The notes under the pieces are model-generated. The model had not been told where the DNA came from. It saw only the letters and a list, made by a program, of their open reading frames with translations, and did no database searches. From the IMG/VR virus record IMGVR_UViG_3300029305_010407: a stretch of DNA of 20,468 nt; one strand, 5' to 3'. Below are positions 18,028 through 20,468 of this stretch, in pieces; position 1 is the first letter of the stretch, and every line of letters begins with the position of its first letter. Source of the stretch: a virus. The position numbers were made by a program, and so were the translations under genes.

Positions 18028-19167
18028 TTAAATAACTCCTGCTCCGTATATTCTGAATCCCCTATAAGAATATCTATCTGGGAAATTGAATATTATTGAA
18101 GGTTCATATGTTCCAGTTTTGAAATCAAGCATTGTAACATTCCAAGTTCCGTGACTTACAAAATAATCCGGATATTCTACTGTAGGGTCACCTGAGTACA
18201 CATCCCAAACACGTGGACTGAATGACCCATCACAATTAACTTGATATAATTTAATGCCAGCAGGTTCTAAATCATCTGAATCGTTTGAATTTCCATATGG
18301 AGATATATTTTCCATAACTTGTCTGTATCCATTGGCACCGCTACCATTTCCATAATTATATTTTGCACCGGCACCGATTCTTAAATTAGACCAGTCATCA
18401 ATATTAGCACATATTCCAAATCCCATCCATCGTCCTGTTGTTCCAGTTATATCTGACATTAACGCGTAGAATTTATGTCCTTCAAGTTCGCTTGTTGCAT
18501 ATGTTCCTAAATCTGGCAATGACAATCCGAAATAATTTCCAGAATAACCACTGTGTGCTTCCAAATATATGTCCATATAATTGCCATCAGGTTCAGCTTC
18601 CATTATACTGAATCCAGAACTTGAACCTCTACCGTTAGCACTGAATAATCCGCTATTCAGATTGCTGTAGTTTAAGTCGTCAACATTAACAGCTGTAGTG
18701 CAATATACGCCATATTGGCCGCCAACAATATTGTTGTTTCTTCCTTGAATATAGAAAAATCCTTTTTCTGATGGAGGTGAAACACTTAATGTAGCTTTAC
18801 CATTTGATCCAGTTGTTATTGTTCCTAATGAATTTATTACAGGCTGGCCCCAAGCGGTAGTGTCAAGCCTATACATATCCACGTTTGCATTAGGCATTAA
18901 ATCTCCGTTGGTGTCTCTTGTTGTTATTTCAACATTAACATTCGCACCTGTTGTGAACATGTTTTCAAAGTATATGTTTATACTTGCCAATTCTGGGATA
19001 GGTAACTTCCTAATCAATGGTATTACACCATCTCCTGAAGTATATCCGATTTCTTCCTTGTCTAATATACTTCTTAACCTTGTTTGAGCGGTTGTTAGAT
19101 TATTATTAAGGGTTGATTCATTTTGAAGTATTTGAGATAAATCTGGTTGAGTATAAGACATTTTCAC
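18028..19167 (-). CDS. Putative receptor-binding/adhesin protein (shared anchor, Ig-like domain, beta-rich head)
   Basis: N-terminal anchor 'NNNLTTAQTRLRSILDKEEIGYTSGDGVIPLIRKL'. Ig-like 'VEITTRDTNGDLMPNANVDMY...TITTGSNGKATLSV' resembles methanogen adhesin repeats. The GTG start overlaps the upstream stop (GTGA). Confidence 0.6.
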   Translation of the reverse strand: MKMSYTQPDLSQILQNESTLNNNLTTAQTRLRSILDKEEIGYTSGDGVIPLIRKLPIPELASINIYFENMFTTGANVNVEITTRDTNGDLMPNANVDMYRLDTTAWGQPVINSLGTITTGSNGKATLSVSPPSEKGFFYIQGRNNNIVGGQYGVYCTTAVNVDDLNYSNLNSGLFSANGRGSSSGFSIMEAEPDGNYMDIYLEAHSGYSGNYFGLSLPDLGTYATSELEGHKFYALMSDITGTTGRWMGFGICANIDDWSNLRIGAGAKYNYGNGSGANGYRQVMENISPYGNSNDSDDLEPAGIKLYQVNCDGSFSPRVWDVYSGDPTVEYPDYFVSHGTWNVTMLDFKTGTYEPSIIFNFPDRYSYRGFRIYGAGVI

Positions 19168-19916
19168 ACCCCATAAACTTTAATATTTTTTATTTTAATA
19201 TTTGTTGAAGAATTGTAACATTTGCTTAAACATAACTGATTATCGTTATAATTGGTATCGAGACCTGTTGGAGTTGTTGCTGATAATGAAACAAACGTGT
19301 TTCCGTCACGAGTTATTACAAATGTTGTAGTTGTGCTTGATATTGTTAAAACTGCATGATACCATACGCCAGTTGAATATGCTTTGGAATTATTAACAAT
19401 AACTTCTAATGAATCTGAAGTAGTAGTTCTAATATCTCCACTTCTTATTTCTGTAGCGCTGGATGAATATTTTGCAACATTACCTATGACTGCAAAGCAT
19501 GGAGTTGATGATGAGTACTCACTCCAGGGATTATATAAACCTAATCTTAATTGATTATTTCTACCATTTGCTCCCTGCATTAACATGAAATCATATTCAA
19601 TAGCTACTGGAAGTTTAAAATATTCACTATCAACAGTAGCATATCCAAATTTTTCATTTGAAGTTGTTAAGAGATTATAACACTTATTTGTTGAATCATA
19701 AGTTATAGATAAGCTCCCATTAACTGTCCAGTCTGAAATGTTGTTTATGCTGCATCTGTCAAAATATAAACATCTCCATCTTTCAATAAGATCATTGAGA
19801 TTATCATCATCTAAGAAACTTTTTCCGTTAGCGGTTAATTTTTCTTTCATTAATGTTCTAGCTAATGCCAATCTCTCATTAACGGTTAATACCGTACTGG
19901 CTATTGACATTAACAT
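19164..19916 (-). CDS. Putative receptor-binding/fibre-tip protein (shared anchor plus ConA/LamG-like head)
   Basis: Anchor 'SIASTVLTVNERLALARTLMKEKLTANG...LNDLIERW'; 'GVWYHAVLTISSTTTTFVI' and terminal 'IKIKNIKVY' fit jelly-roll lectin domains. The start is coupled to the upstream stop (TGATG). Confidence 0.6.
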   Translation of the reverse strand: MLMSIASTVLTVNERLALARTLMKEKLTANGKSFLDDDNLNDLIERWRCLYFDRCSINNISDWTVNGSLSITYDSTNKCYNLLTTSNEKFGYATVDSEYFKLPVAIEYDFMLMQGANGRNNQLRLGLYNPWSEYSSSTPCFAVIGNVAKYSSSATEIRSGDIRTTTSDSLEVIVNNSKAYSTGVWYHAVLTISSTTTTFVITRDGNTFVSLSATTPTGLDTNYNDNQLCLSKCYNSSTNIKIKNIKVYGV

Positions 19917-20248
19917 CAGCTCCCTAATAAGTTTAAGTTTGCGGTTTGTGCTGATGTTATTGTTCCTATTTGGTCAGTAACATCTTCAATAGCTGTAGCT
20001 ATTGCACTGTTTGTTACTGCATTTGTTGTATCTGTTGTGTCTAATGTTGAAGTCATATTAACAGGACCGGCAGGACCAGTTGCTCCGGTATCACCTTTAG
20101 CTCCTTTGATTTCACTGAGATAAATTGTCGCTTCTGTATCATCACCAACAAAAATTATTTGACCGTGTGCTGTATCCTTATATACATTAACACTTGTGCC
20201 GTCTGCACCTGTTTCTCCTTTTATGTTTCCTACATTTACCCATGACAT
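19916..20248 (-). CDS. Short fibre adaptor-like protein (half-module, short collagen stretch, helical C-terminus)
   Basis: AAGGTGA RBS. It begins 'MSWVNVGNIKGETG'. 'GTSVNVYKDTAHGQIIFVGDDTEATIYLSEIKG' is homologous to 'GFSPIVNVDHSTGQIVITTEDGSTTISFDELKG' in the 424-aa fibre. Confidence 0.75.
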   Translation of the reverse strand: MSWVNVGNIKGETGADGTSVNVYKDTAHGQIIFVGDDTEATIYLSEIKGAKGDTGATGPAGPVNMTSTLDTTDTTNAVTNSAIATAIEDVTDQIGTITSAQTANLNLLGS

Positions 20249-20271
20249 GTTATCACCTTTGAAAATCTTTT

Positions 20272-20310
20272 AAAAAAAAAGGAAGTACCGTTTTAGCTCA
20301 GTACTTCCTT
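20272..20310 (-). terminator. Hairpin terminator between two fibre genes
   Basis: AAGGAAGTAC (20279-20288) / 12-nt loop / GTACTTCCTT (20301-20310), followed on the minus strand by a poly-T run (A9 at 20272-20280 on plus). Confidence 0.7.
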
Positions 20311-20332
20311 CAGGGATTTAATGGAATTAGTT

Positions 20333-20468
20333 TTATTGGTAGACGTAAAGCACTCCGTCAACAAGATATGCATCACCAGTTGTACCGGTTGGATGTGCTT
20401 CTATTAATTCTGCATAGGTAGCATAGCTTCCTTTGATAATGGTACTGTATCCTTGCGGACCTTGTGGG
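20333..20468 (-). CDS. 3' end of a collagen-like fibre gene (truncated by the window; absent from the ORF track)
   Basis: Manual translation of 20467 to 20333 gives PQGPQGYSTIIKGSYATYAELIEAHPTGTTGDAYLVDGVLYVYQ*, homologous to the repeated module in 16099..17373. Confidence 0.85.
   Translation of the reverse strand, partial: PQGPQGYSTIIKGSYATYAELIEAHPTGTTGDAYLVDGVLYVYQ

Noticed and set aside
17391-19916. Diversity-generating retroelement or invertase shufflon acting on the RBP genes
   Set aside because: No reverse transcriptase, TR/VR pair or recombinase is in the window, and the cassettes are all co-oriented without flanking inverted sites that I could see.
18860-19980. Plus-strand ORFs 18860..19087 and 19738..19980
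   Set aside because: Antisense shadows of the coupled fibre-tip operon.
20249-20332. Intron, readthrough or sequencing-error explanation for the split fibre module
   Set aside because: The spacer contains several in-frame stops, a terminator hairpin with poly-T and a canonical RBS, and a second gene starts with the same orphan half-module. I saw no convincing bulge-helix-bulge motif. Not formally excluded without cDNA.

Overview
AT-rich DNA, most likely from a pseudomurein-walled methanogen (Methanobrevibacter-like; inferred from the adhesin style, GGTGA/GGAGG RBSs and a PeiW-type lysin). Bases 1-1195 are the 3' end of a probable host adhesin-like gene with Ig-like repeats and a C-terminal peptidoglycan-binding domain. 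From about 1.3 kb to beyond the right edge lies a provirus-like element with an unusual gene order. Left to right: a pseudomurein endoisopeptidase-like lysin; a 700-bp non-coding region with 23 TTGCAA palindromes at roughly helical spacing, ahead of a long coiled-coil gene and a convergent tandem ribbon-helix-helix gene (candidate segregation or origin module); a GIY-YIG nuclease with three HTH repeats; a three-gene capsid operon (decoration-like protein plus two paralogous HK97-like shell proteins, with no adjacent portal, protease or scaffold gene); a type III R-M system on the opposite strand; a Zn-ribbon-TPR-HIRAN protein; a wHTH regulator; and a fibre cluster. In the fibre cluster a conserved inter-collagen module is split between the C-terminus of one gene and the N-termini of two others, and three variable heads share an N-terminal anchor. 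The lysin-to-GIY-YIG segment is bracketed by 83%-identical ~110-bp repeats with nested inverted repeats. No integrase, terminase, portal, tRNA, rRNA or CRISPR array is visible. All family assignments come from motif recognition by eye, not database searches.
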